The translations under genes were made by a program, and so were the position numbers. Below the pieces are notes generated by a model. That model was not told the DNA's origin, made no database searches, and saw nothing but the letters and a program-made list of their open reading frames with translations. 52,274 bases of DNA from a virus (taxonomy: Duplodnaviria > Caudoviricetes), in IMG/VR virus record IMGVR_UViG_3300021964_000099, positions 1-52,274 of that record; one strand, written 5' to 3'. Positions 43,464 to 52,274 of the stretch are shown piece after piece. Positions within the stretch are counted from its first letter, which is position 1. The number at the start of each line of letters is the position of its first letter.

Positions 43464-45478
43464 TATTGTTGTCCTGCTTTATTTACTCCACCTTCTAGAG
43501 CATGAATAGTACCATCAGTATGATAGTAAAAATATACGGGTAAATCTTTTCTTAAAATTCTTTGCTCTATGACTTCACCATTTTTCTTTGTTACTCTAAA
43601 GATGCCATCTGAATCTGCATAACCAGCAAAAACTAATTTTCCTTCATCATAAGCTTTAGATAAATCAACACCTTCTCCTTTAACTACTATATCTTTTTGT
43701 TGTTCAAAAAAACTTATATCACGAACACTTTTGTAATTTAAAACTTCTTGTATTCTATCACTTGTTTGTTCTTCATATTCTCGGTATTTTTGATTTTTAA
43801 AATCATTAACTTCTTTAACTGCTTGTACTTGTGTTTTCTTTTGATTTAATATTAAATCATTATACAAATTTAACGCATCCCTATTAACCTCTGCATTAAA
43901 TAAATTTGTTTCAAATAGTAATCGTTGACCTTCTTTTGTTAAACTTACTTGTGGACCAGAATCAATTAACAAACCAACCTCTGTGTTATTTAATTGTTGA
44001 TCCCATTCTAATGCTCGACCAATCGTTGCTTGTTTTGCTAGTGCAATAGAAACTTGTGTAGCAGGTAAATTACCACCTTGTAAAACAAAATCTTCCATTG
44101 TTTTAAATTCTTCTGGAAAAGATTTATCAACATTAAATAATTTTAATAACGATACAAAACTAGCACGCCCTTCTATTAAACTTCCAGAACCAGATTTGTC
44201 TAATAAGGCTAATGAATTTTGTGTAGATTGAATAACACTATTAGCTTTGTTCCCAGAAGTTGTTATTTGATCTGCTATGTTTTTTGCAACATCACTTTGT
44301 GCTTGAATATTTTTTTCACCTGCCATTAACTCTAATTGTTCATCAACAGATAATATTTCTTTTCTAGGCGTTATATTAAATCCAGTAAGACCTTCAATTT
44401 TATTAATATTAATAGGTTGACCAAAAGTAGGACTATCTGGTCTAAAGTCTATAATTTTTATACCAGCTTCAGTTTCTTGAAAATCAGCTTTTTGTTCCTT
44501 ACCCTTATATGTAATCGTTCCATCAAGTGTGTCTTTTATTTTTGTTTCTGTTAAATCATCTTTTAAAATATCAAAATTTTTCATATCATAAGCTGTATTG
44601 GTAGCAGGATTAATAAATTTAAATCCATCACCATCTAAAACACGAACAGCATCAACAGTTGCACCCGACTCATCACCTTTTTTAATTAACTCAACGTTTG
44701 TCGCTCCAGTCCATTTACTATCCTCAGACCCATCATCTACTTGTTTAAAATTACCCGGTGTTAATTTTATTTTACTGCCCGGTATAGTCCATGAAAAAAC
44801 ATTGTCCTCTGGATTAAATGTTCTAATAGCATTAGTTTCAACACCATTATTTAATAATACTTTTACATCTGTAGGATTATTCCAATTTGTTTTTTCTGTA
44901 TCCCTAATAACTTTAAAAGGTGTTTGTTCTTGATCTATAGGATCTCCTGTTGCTGTTTGATAAACAAACGCATTATTACTTTTATCAAATGTGCGAAGAG
45001 CAGGAATATTTTCTTCTGTACCATCATATCTTATTGTTACTTCCGTTGGATCAGAAAATTCTGTTTTATCATCTTGTTTTAAAGCAAGTGACAACGCTGT
45101 TTCTCTCAACGCTGCATTTGGATCTTTTGCTTTATCTTCTATTATTGTTTGTGTAGCTTGTTGTATTTCCGGAGCAGCACCTTCTACTGATTGACCAAGA
45201 ATGTCCAAACCACCACCAGAACCACCTTGAAAAGATCTACCCGACATAAGACCTGCGCCTAATTTAATTAAAGCAGGACTAAAAGCTTGTAACTTGCTTA
45301 CTGGTTTTGTTTCTGGAAAAATATTTAATTCTTTTAACATTTGTAAATTTTCTTTATATTTTTCTGCAAGTCCACCATTTTCAAATTTTTGTACAGGAAC
45401 TAAACCAGATGTAATACCTACACCTCGTGATGAGACTTGTCCGCCTCTGTTAAATAATTTTCTACCTAGTACTGACAT
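43463..45478 (-). CDS. Putative ejection protein
   Basis: 671 aa; N-terminal LFNRGG and KFENGG motifs; internal approximate ~60-aa repeats. Confidence 0.6.
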   Translation of the reverse strand: MSVLGRKLFNRGGQVSSRGVGITSGLVPVQKFENGGLAEKYKENLQMLKELNIFPETKPVSKLQAFSPALIKLGAGLMSGRSFQGGSGGGLDILGQSVEGAAPEIQQATQTIIEDKAKDPNAALRETALSLALKQDDKTEFSDPTEVTIRYDGTEENIPALRTFDKSNNAFVYQTATGDPIDQEQTPFKVIRDTEKTNWNNPTDVKVLLNNGVETNAIRTFNPEDNVFSWTIPGSKIKLTPGNFKQVDDGSEDSKWTGATNVELIKKGDESGATVDAVRVLDGDGFKFINPATNTAYDMKNFDILKDDLTETKIKDTLDGTITYKGKEQKADFQETEAGIKIIDFRPDSPTFGQPININKIEGLTGFNITPRKEILSVDEQLELMAGEKNIQAQSDVAKNIADQITTSGNKANSVIQSTQNSLALLDKSGSGSLIEGRASFVSLLKLFNVDKSFPEEFKTMEDFVLQGGNLPATQVSIALAKQATIGRALEWDQQLNNTEVGLLIDSGPQVSLTKEGQRLLFETNLFNAEVNRDALNLYNDLILNQKKTQVQAVKEVNDFKNQKYREYEEQTSDRIQEVLNYKSVRDISFFEQQKDIVVKGEGVDLSKAYDEGKLVFAGYADSDGIFRVTKKNGEVIEQRILRKDLPVYFYYHTDGTIHALEGGVNKAGQQ

Positions 45479-46392
45479 TAACCTATCAATGCTCCAAGAC
45501 CACCGGCACCCGTAGCAAGAAGTCCTGCCGCTTGTGCATATGGATTAGTTTGTGCAAATGGTGCTACTACTTGTGTGCCTGCTCCACCCGGTAGTAGTTG
45601 TCCTAAGATGCCTGCACCTGCTGATAGTCTTTGGAACGGTGCATTTTCCATTGCCGCTACATTTGCAGTGTCTACATCAAACATTCTTTGTGCAAGTTGT
45701 TGTTGCATGCCACCAATACCCATCAGTTGATTAATATCTGATTGACCAAGTTGTTGTGTCTGTGCACCAAGTCCAGCCATCATGCCACCAATACCACTTG
45801 TTTGTTTACCTAAATTACCAAACTGCTGTGCTTGTTGCATACGTTGTGTGTTTGCTGCTTGCGCCGCTGCTTGTGCTTGTTGATAGTTACGAGACAAGTC
45901 CTCAAAGATACGTCTTGATTTTAAGTCTTGTGCATTACGTGCTGTTTCTGATTGTTGTAAACCAAATCTACTACCACCAAAAGCACCCGCTTGTACAGCC
46001 TTACCAGCTAACTGGTTTTGTGCCATTGCTGCTTGTCTATCAATTTCTTTTAATGCTTCATTTGTAACTGATTGTTGATACGGATCCATAAAAGCTTGCG
46101 CTCTACTTGGATCAAAATTCATTTGTCCTAGTGCTTGTACACCAGCACCTGTTGTTCCAAGAGCCGCGGCTTGTGAAGCTTGCGCTGCATCTAAGAAAGG
46201 TTGATACGCGCCAATACCTTGCATAGCCATATTCATCGCACCTAATTGCGTAGGGGAGAATCCTGCTACTTGTTGTTCTGGAACGTTTACTTGTTTTTTT
46301 AATAATTCTTGTAGTGTTGCCGCCATGTCAGCAGTTGGCTGCTTCGCATAGTCTGGCAATACTGGGTATGTAGTCGTTGTTGATGTAGCCAT
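45478..46392 (-). CDS. Putative DNA-transfer/pilot ejection protein
   Basis: Gln/Ala/Gly-rich; FMDPYQQ.V, AGAFGGSR; hydrophobic Gly-rich C-terminus. Confidence 0.65.
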   Translation of the reverse strand: MATSTTTTYPVLPDYAKQPTADMAATLQELLKKQVNVPEQQVAGFSPTQLGAMNMAMQGIGAYQPFLDAAQASQAAALGTTGAGVQALGQMNFDPSRAQAFMDPYQQSVTNEALKEIDRQAAMAQNQLAGKAVQAGAFGGSRFGLQQSETARNAQDLKSRRIFEDLSRNYQQAQAAAQAANTQRMQQAQQFGNLGKQTSGIGGMMAGLGAQTQQLGQSDINQLMGIGGMQQQLAQRMFDVDTANVAAMENAPFQRLSAGAGILGQLLPGGAGTQVVAPFAQTNPYAQAAGLLATGAGGLGALIG

Positions 46393-47531
46393 TATGCCTG
46401 TGCCTCCAATTTATCCATTGCTTCGTACATTTTTCTTGCGCCCTCGCGACGGTCGCCTCCGCCCGCACCTCTGACTGCTTTAGCCGTCATGACAAATTCT
46501 CCGTCGCTTAGCATTGCAGGAATTGAGTCACTGGTCCCTGTTCCGGGTCCCACGGACTCTCCTCCGTCTTGTAAATCCATCACGCCACCTTCGGCTTTTT
46601 TAAACACTGGATTTACTATTCCTTCTAACACATTACCTTCTGGCATTGTGTCTGCCGGTAATCCTACGTCTTGATCATCTGATGTTAATTGTATCAATAA
46701 TCCCAAACCTGCTGTTCCTAATCCATATAATTTAGCAGCGTCCATAATACTCATACCACCAAGAACACTATTTTTTGCTTTAGCAGCTTTTTCAAGTTGA
46801 TCTTCTAATAAAATATTTATTGTAGAAGTATCTGCATTTGGATTATTTTTTACTATTTCTTCTAATATTTGACTGCTGGATTTTTGAACATCATCAGTTT
46901 TATTAAAAAAAGTTTTTGCTGGTCCATCTTTAAAAAAATCTAAACCCTTTGAATCTCCCTCTAAACCTTGTCCTAACATTCTTTTACCAATTTTTATTGG
47001 ATCAAAAGTATCCATACCATAAGCACCTCTAGCACCTTTTCCTAAAAAAGCACCTTGACCACTAAGTAAGTTCGATGCAACACCAGAACCACCGCCTAGT
47101 AGTGCCATGTTTAGACCTTGTCTTGGATCACCGGGATTTTCTCTTTTAAAAGAACCAAGTATACCCCCTGTTAAAGCACCGGCCGCTGGACCATACATCG
47201 CACCAATAATAGGTGCCGCATAGCCAGATACATCTGCTGCTGCTTTTTTTACTCTATCTACAATTTTCTTGAGAAAGAACTCTGGTTGTCCTGTGACAGG
47301 ATTCTTTGAGTTTAGTTCGTTACCTACAATGTATCTGCCGGGTTCGATACCCATGTCTACCATTGTTTTGAATAACCGTTTTTTCAATAAAGGGTTTTTA
47401 TCTAAAACCTCCATTGGAACAACGGTTTCGCCTTCAGCCGCATGCACAATATATGTATCTTCATAGCGGCCTAAACCACCAATAGATGATACAAAATCTT
47501 TAAATTGATCTAGTGACTGTAATCCCTGCAT
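46392..47531 (-). CDS. Virion protein with two tape-measure-C-terminus-like H/LxxGExV modules
   Basis: IVHAAEGETVVP and GPGTGTSDSIPAMLSDGEFVMTAKAVR. Confidence 0.65.
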   Translation of the reverse strand: MQGLQSLDQFKDFVSSIGGLGRYEDTYIVHAAEGETVVPMEVLDKNPLLKKRLFKTMVDMGIEPGRYIVGNELNSKNPVTGQPEFFLKKIVDRVKKAAADVSGYAAPIIGAMYGPAAGALTGGILGSFKRENPGDPRQGLNMALLGGGSGVASNLLSGQGAFLGKGARGAYGMDTFDPIKIGKRMLGQGLEGDSKGLDFFKDGPAKTFFNKTDDVQKSSSQILEEIVKNNPNADTSTINILLEDQLEKAAKAKNSVLGGMSIMDAAKLYGLGTAGLGLLIQLTSDDQDVGLPADTMPEGNVLEGIVNPVFKKAEGGVMDLQDGGESVGPGTGTSDSIPAMLSDGEFVMTAKAVRGAGGGDRREGARKMYEAMDKLEAQA

Positions 47532-47532
47532 G

Positions 47533-47784
47533 TTACTTCATGACCTCTCCGAATATGTCTAGGCTATTCACCTTTATAGCGACATCGCGTTTGATATCTT
47601 TTTCTTCTGTTGAAGTTGCAGGATTTTTCACGTCAGCTTGTGCTTCATCTTCACTAGCATATTCTATACCTGTTTGCGCATTAGTGACTGTAACTGCTGT
47701 TTCAATCGGTAAGACATTTGGAGCTATCTTACTAGCTAATACGGTTTCGTCCTTTTTTATACTCATTTTCCCATCCTTTTGCAA
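47533..47784 (-). CDS. Hypothetical protein
   Basis: TG.EY.S..EA..DV..P.T.T...DI motif. Confidence 0.6.
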   Translation of the reverse strand: MQKDGKMSIKKDETVLASKIAPNVLPIETAVTVTNAQTGIEYASEDEAQADVKNPATSTEEKDIKRDVAIKVNSLDIFGEVMK

Positions 47785-47791
47785 TACTTAA

Positions 47792-48073
47792 TTAACAATT
47801 CCACTTTCTAAGAGACTTATTTATCCTAGAATTCGGGTCTCTAGCTGTTTTTGCACTTGTTAAACGTTTTTTCATACCTGTCATTCGTGCACAAAATGAC
47901 TTACGTCTTTTAGCAGCTTTTGAGCCTTTCTTCAACTTAGAAGGCTTTGTTGTAACAGCGGTCTTTAACTTTGATCCGGGGTTCGCGGCACGATAAGAAG
48001 CAACACCTTTTCGGTTTAATCCACCCGATTTGCTTTTACCTGCTTTACGTTGCCATGCTGGAGTCTTAGCCAT
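47792..48073 (-). CDS. Small highly basic protein (DUF6321-like)
   Basis: MAKTPAWQRK.GK...GGL..KG...RRKSFCARM...SRINKSLRKWNC. Confidence 0.7.
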   Translation of the reverse strand: MAKTPAWQRKAGKSKSGGLNRKGVASYRAANPGSKLKTAVTTKPSKLKKGSKAAKRRKSFCARMTGMKKRLTSAKTARDPNSRINKSLRKWNC

Positions 48074-48339
48074 TATGCCCTCTTCTTCTTTTTCTTCGCA
48101 AAGGTTGCGACGTTCTTTGGTTTAGGTCCAGTGTTCCCTGCTGCACGCTTACGTGCTACAGCAGAACGTTTTTGGCCCTTGGACATGGATCTAGCTTTAG
48201 CTAACGGTACACATTTAGGATAGCCTTTACGCTTTTCTCCTTTGCTTCGACCACAAGGTTTATAACCACCTTTGCCGTCGGGTGCACCAATGTCTACCCA
48301 TTTTTCTTTGACCCAAGCTCTTAGACCTTTTTTAGCCAT
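48073..48339 (-). CDS. Small highly basic protein (DUF5872-like)
   Basis: L..W.KEKWVD......CGR......YPKC.P. Confidence 0.65.
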   Translation of the reverse strand: MAKKGLRAWVKEKWVDIGAPDGKGGYKPCGRSKGEKRKGYPKCVPLAKARSMSKGQKRSAVARKRAAGNTGPKPKNVATFAKKKKKRA

Positions 48340-48617
48340 TAGTATTTTTTTGTCTTCTTACGTTTCTTTTGCATAATAGCACCACAGCCTTTTGCAATGC
48401 CACCTTGAGCGTAACTAGAAATTCTTTTTCTGTCTTGTGATATTTTATTGAAGTCTAAAACTTCTCCACCACCAGCCATTTTCTTCTTTTTCTTTTTACC
48501 GCCCGGTGTTACCTTACCAGAACAAACAGCAGAAGCGTACATGTTTGCGTAAGCTGACGGATAAACATCAAACTTACGTTTTGCTGCTGCTTTCCCTCTT
48601 GCACAAAGCTTAGCCAC
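48339..48617 (-). CDS. Small highly basic protein with MAGGG/YAQGG motifs
   Basis: KLC.RGKAAAKRKF.VYPSAYAN...GCGA. Confidence 0.7.
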   Translation of the reverse strand: MAKLCARGKAAAKRKFDVYPSAYANMYASAVCSGKVTPGGKKKKKKMAGGGEVLDFNKISQDRKRISSYAQGGIAKGCGAIMQKKRKKTKKY

Positions 48618-48835
48618 TACTTCTTACCTTTTTTCTTTTTCATTTTAGCAGCAGTAATAATATCGCCTCTAGTTATTTTTTTAGGATCGCCATACATAGC
48701 GGCTAGTTTTTTCTTTTTCATTTTCTTCTTTGGTGTTCCACCATCTTTGTACATCATGCCACCACCCATCATTTTTTTAACAGGTTTATCATCACCTCTT
48801 CTTACGAGTTTTTTTGATTTCTTTTTCATTTTCAT
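48617..48835 (-). CDS. Small Lys/Met-rich protein with MMGGG/YKDGG motifs
   Basis: 72 aa, GGAG RBS. Confidence 0.65.
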   Translation of the reverse strand: MKMKKKSKKLVRRGDDKPVKKMMGGGMMYKDGGTPKKKMKKKKLAAMYGDPKKITRGDIITAAKMKKKKGKK

Positions 48836-48844
48836 AGTTGTCTC

Positions 48845-49210
48845 CTACGTGTTTGTTATTTCTAGTACACTGACTAGTATTTCAATAGCGTCTGCGGTAT
48901 CCGCTTGGACCTTTATTTGATCCGCTTCTTCTAACACAATAGGATGTGTTAAAACTTCTTTTACCTCTGGATGACTTAAATTATCATCATGTAATAAAAT
49001 CTCTAAATTAGAATTACTAGAGTCTAGCATTCTTACTTTTACATTAACAGTACCACCACTAATGTTTGAAATAACAATACTTTTAACAATTCCCACTGTC
49101 GGCAGAATAGGGGGGCTTGCTCCAACATTTGCTGTAGGCACTGTATAGGCTGTTACATTACTAGTGCTGTCTGGTTGTAAAGAAAAACTTTTAAATGAAT
49201 CAGCCATCAA
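48845..49210 (-). CDS. Small beta-rich tail structural protein
   Basis: YTVP.....IVKS....N...VLEE.D..KV......SVLEI. Confidence 0.6.
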   Translation of the reverse strand: MMADSFKSFSLQPDSTSNVTAYTVPTANVGASPPILPTVGIVKSIVISNISGGTVNVKVRMLDSSNSNLEILLHDDNLSHPEVKEVLTHPIVLEEADQIKVQADTADAIEILVSVLEITNT

Positions 49211-49370
49211 TAAACCACGCTCTTGCCATTGTTACATTCTTTAAATCGTTCTCATAACCAAAGTTCAACTGTTGTATAATTTGTTCTAGTATACGAATTA
49301 GTGTATCCATTTGCTCAGCAGAATATTCTGGTTTTGCATCTGGTAGTCGTGCTGTTGCTATTTTTGCCAT
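49200..49370 (-). CDS. Small tail-associated protein (56 aa; not in ORF track)
   Basis: MAKIATARLPDAKPEYSAEQMDTLIRILEQIIQQLNFGY...; AAGGAG RBS, TAATG coupling. Confidence 0.65.
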   Translation of the reverse strand: MAKIATARLPDAKPEYSAEQMDTLIRILEQIIQQLNFGYENDLKNVTMARAWFIDG

Positions 49371-49990
49371 TAGTATCTCCTTCCAAATAATGAGCCTAAT
49401 CCACCAAAGCCACCAAAGCCAAAAGGACTAAACGCAGGTCTTTGTGGTTGCATAACTTCTTGTGGCTGTGCTTTTTGCATATTTTCAAAACTAGCAATTT
49501 GATTACCAAGGCTACCTAAACCTTTATCAACACTGTCCAGTCTATTATTTATTGTTTCAAACTGTTTACCCATACCACCCATTTGCTCATTGAAACTTCC
49601 AAGTGCATCTTGGTACCCGGTCATTTGATCACCAAAACCTGTTAACTGTTCTCCAAACTTTTCAAACTGACCAGAGTAGTCTGGCATAGCTGGTTGTGCT
49701 ATACCTAGCACCGGTGGTTGTAAACCAATATAATTTGGTGGGCTTATTGGAAAAGGTCCACGTCGCGGAGGGAAAGGTAATTGATCTATAATACCCGGTC
49801 TAATCCTATTATCATCAATTGGCATAGGTAATTGTTCTCCATATCCCGGTCCACTAATAAGATCACGTAACCTATTTCTAAGACCTCCTAAACCACCAAT
49901 ATCTGTTCCCGGTCCGGGTTGCTGTAATAGTCCACCATGAAATATAGGTCCATTTTGCGTGGTACTACCAACTAATTGATCTAGTGCCAT
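49370..49990 (-). CDS. Gly/Pro/Gln-rich protein with coiled coil
   Basis: 206 aa low-complexity; coupled to both neighbours. Confidence 0.6.
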   Translation of the reverse strand: MALDQLVGSTTQNGPIFHGGLLQQPGPGTDIGGLGGLRNRLRDLISGPGYGEQLPMPIDDNRIRPGIIDQLPFPPRRGPFPISPPNYIGLQPPVLGIAQPAMPDYSGQFEKFGEQLTGFGDQMTGYQDALGSFNEQMGGMGKQFETINNRLDSVDKGLGSLGNQIASFENMQKAQPQEVMQPQRPAFSPFGFGGFGGLGSLFGRRY

Positions 49991-51858
49991 TATCCGCCTC
50001 TCATTCCATCTGGTTTAATATCTAGTCTCATTGTACCATATCGCCAGTTATCATCAACAGCGTCACTTGAAACACGTACAGCCACTTGTCTGCCTCGTAT
50101 TCTTGTATCAACTTTTGTTGTAGAAGTGTCAACATCAAACGAACCATGACTTGTTTGTGTACCACTAGGATAAGGTCTTGTTTTTAAGGTAACGTCAACA
50201 GTGCCTGTTTGATTTTTAAAGTCTGGTATAAATCTAGATACGGACATAAAGTTATCACCATCAGCAATATCAATATCGCCCGATTCAATGTGATTTGCCA
50301 TAGCGGCACCATCATCATTAACACCCGACTCGTGTATATATACAAAAGTACGACCTGCTTTAAGTCCAGTAATGGTAGAGATTGTTGCTGTTGTATCATC
50401 CGCATCAAATTCTGCTGCATATGGATTATCATACACACCACTATCAGCCCATGAACTTCTTGCTAATGTGCCAACATACCATAAATTTTCTGCATAGTTA
50501 TAGGCAACCATTTTATCAATTTGTGTTGAGTTAGCAGAAGGATAAAACCACATGACTTCATTAAAGTCAGAGTTTGCTGCACAGAATACATCTTGTTTTG
50601 CGTTTGGATTGATATTATCAAATACGTGATCTTGCACAGAACACGGTATCTTTTTTACCGAACCATCAAACATAAAGAAAGAATCATCACTCATCCAGAA
50701 CGATGTACCCGATACATCAACAGCCGCGTTAATACCTACTGCGCCACAATTTGAACCTATTTGTTTAAAACCAAAAGTAAGAGGAGCACCAATAAACTGC
50801 ATTTGATATAGTGCTGTATCTGTCCAAACCATCACCGCACCTCTTGATCTAACGGCTGTATTGATTTGGTTTCCATCTGTTAATCGAAAAGAACCCGCTG
50901 TATTTGTCGCTGTTGGTGCCCATGTATTTGTTGTCTCTTGAGAGGACCAACGAAGAAACATATTATCTTGTGTAGAAGATGTACCTATAGTGGTCTCTGT
51001 ACCAAAACAAATAACGTGTCTATCATCACCCGATACCAACATAAATCTAGATTTAGTAGGAGCATTTGATACATTTGTTGTACTAGCTAAGTTACTAGAC
51101 AGTCCTGCCGATGTGTCCCAATAAAATAAGCCTCCATCAAATTGTAGTGATAATACATCTTCACCCCAGTTATCAAGTGCCCATTTTGATGATTGTAGTA
51201 AAACGCCTTCCGCACCTGTTAGACCTTCTCTTGATGTGTCCCATGCTGATGTGCTCCATGTACCTGCACCCCAACCATAACCAAATAAGGAGACCGCCGC
51301 GCCCGTATTTACTTGATACGTTGCATTTGCTGTTGATCCATTTGCTGTTGATGTTGCTGCTGCTTTAGCTTCGATGGTGTATGTATCGGCATCCGGCACT
51401 GTAAGTATTTCAAACTCACCTTGTAAATCTGCTGCTGCAATTCCACCTACAGCGCCACTTACACTAGCAATTGTGACAAAGTCACCGATCAATGCACCGT
51501 GACTAGTATCTGTTACCGTAACGGTAGAAGAACCACTTGTTACTGAAAAGTCTGTAATGTTTCCGGTTCCTGTAGACCGTGTTGGTGTTATGTCTGCATA
51601 ACTTTCTTCCGAGTATGCATAGAGTTTTTTATTCGTACCATAAATGGCGTATTTAACACCATTTAAGGCAGAATAGGTAAGTATAGCTCGAGTTGCGCCG
51701 ACGAGAGCATCACTTGTTACTTTTGTCCAACCACCAATCTTTTCTGGTAAACCATATCGAAAGCGAACGTTATCGCAATCAATCCATTTACCCTCTGCAC
51801 CATATTCGGTATTTTGTTTATCTATACCCGGTGCTATTTGTAGTTTGGTTAGTGGCAT
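49990..51858 (-). CDS. Putative tail nozzle/head-stabilisation protein
   Basis: 622 aa, beta-propeller-like; PG.DKQ.T...AEG.W.D..NVRFR.G.PEKIGGW; ends G..RLD..PDG.R. Confidence 0.65.
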   Translation of the reverse strand: MPLTKLQIAPGIDKQNTEYGAEGKWIDCDNVRFRYGLPEKIGGWTKVTSDALVGATRAILTYSALNGVKYAIYGTNKKLYAYSEESYADITPTRSTGTGNITDFSVTSGSSTVTVTDTSHGALIGDFVTIASVSGAVGGIAAADLQGEFEILTVPDADTYTIEAKAAATSTANGSTANATYQVNTGAAVSLFGYGWGAGTWSTSAWDTSREGLTGAEGVLLQSSKWALDNWGEDVLSLQFDGGLFYWDTSAGLSSNLASTTNVSNAPTKSRFMLVSGDDRHVICFGTETTIGTSSTQDNMFLRWSSQETTNTWAPTATNTAGSFRLTDGNQINTAVRSRGAVMVWTDTALYQMQFIGAPLTFGFKQIGSNCGAVGINAAVDVSGTSFWMSDDSFFMFDGSVKKIPCSVQDHVFDNINPNAKQDVFCAANSDFNEVMWFYPSANSTQIDKMVAYNYAENLWYVGTLARSSWADSGVYDNPYAAEFDADDTTATISTITGLKAGRTFVYIHESGVNDDGAAMANHIESGDIDIADGDNFMSVSRFIPDFKNQTGTVDVTLKTRPYPSGTQTSHGSFDVDTSTTKVDTRIRGRQVAVRVSSDAVDDNWRYGTMRLDIKPDGMRGG

Positions 51859-51860
51859 AC

Positions 51861-52274
51861 TTACACAGCAGTTTCATATAGTCTAATCCAACGATCAGTA
51901 CCGTTAATGTTAACACGTATTGCTCCTACTTTTGAACTATCGGTGTCTGTAGAAGAAGATACACTTGCTGTACTGTCTGCCGCACTTGTACCATCAAATC
52001 GTATAAACTCTTCATCAGCGTCACCTTGATCTAATGTTAAAACTGCAATTGCTCCAGTCGCACTTGCTTGATCTATATTTACAAAACCACTTGTAGGTCC
52101 GGATGTTCCAAATCCTATTTTGTTTGCAGAACCATCAATAAAGAAAGCGTGAGTTAATTCATCTGTTTCTGCTCTAAAATCTAGTGATCCACCAGATTCG
52201 TTGAAGGTAAATCCACCACCGTCAAGGTCAACATTACCCGATACTTTAATCGCACCGGTAACATCTAATTCAAC
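51861..52274 (-). CDS. Tail fibre, C-terminal part (start lies beyond window end)
   Basis: Open frame ...DFRAETDELTHAFFIDGSANKIGFGT...GAIRVNINGTDRWIRLYETAV*. Confidence 0.65.
   Translation of the reverse strand, partial: VELDVTGAIKVSGNVDLDGGGFTFNESGGSLDFRAETDELTHAFFIDGSANKIGFGTSGPTSGFVNIDQASATGAIAVLTLDQGDADEEFIRFDGTSAADSTASVSSSTDTDSSKVGAIRVNINGTDRWIRLYETAV

Noticed and set aside
1-52274. tRNAs, integrase, RNA polymerase, introns/inteins, reverse transcriptase or stop-codon recoding
   Set aside because: No recognisable motifs; core genes are intact and of normal length under the standard code.

Overview
About 52 kb of an AT-rich, podovirus-like dsDNA phage genome. The window begins and ends inside tail-fibre genes, so it probably covers most of a circularly permuted genome. 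Gene content resembles marine phages of Alphaproteobacteria such as SAR11 pelagiphages; the host is inferred from a GcrA-like gene, GANTC avoidance and RegA-like boxes. Layout: head/neck module on the minus strand (1-13538: adaptor, major capsid, scaffold, GroES, holin, portal, TerL); a composite repeat array (13660-14415); a region of small early genes that lacks GANTC and CCGG (about 13.9-20.8 kb) and ends at terS and an origin-like iteron cluster; small genes, lysozyme and a GH73 hydrolase (21-25 kb); a replication module (Leu762 PolA, UvrD, primase, SSB-like protein, SNF2 helicase; 25-35 kb); and membrane, ejection, basic-protein and tail genes (35-52 kb). The most unusual signals are: (1) an array of GAA-triloop hairpins interleaved with helically phased NrdR-like boxes, RegA/PrrA-like boxes and DnaA boxes, possibly a host-regulator decoy at the leading end of the genome; (2) an unannotated 54-aa protein ending in an RNR-alpha-like CxxC tail; (3) an xxGG peptide motif on about 10 unrelated proteins, with an extended form on three, possibly a virion cargo or processing tag; (4) several candidate structured RNAs. 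All assignments come from motif recognition by eye; no database searches were run.
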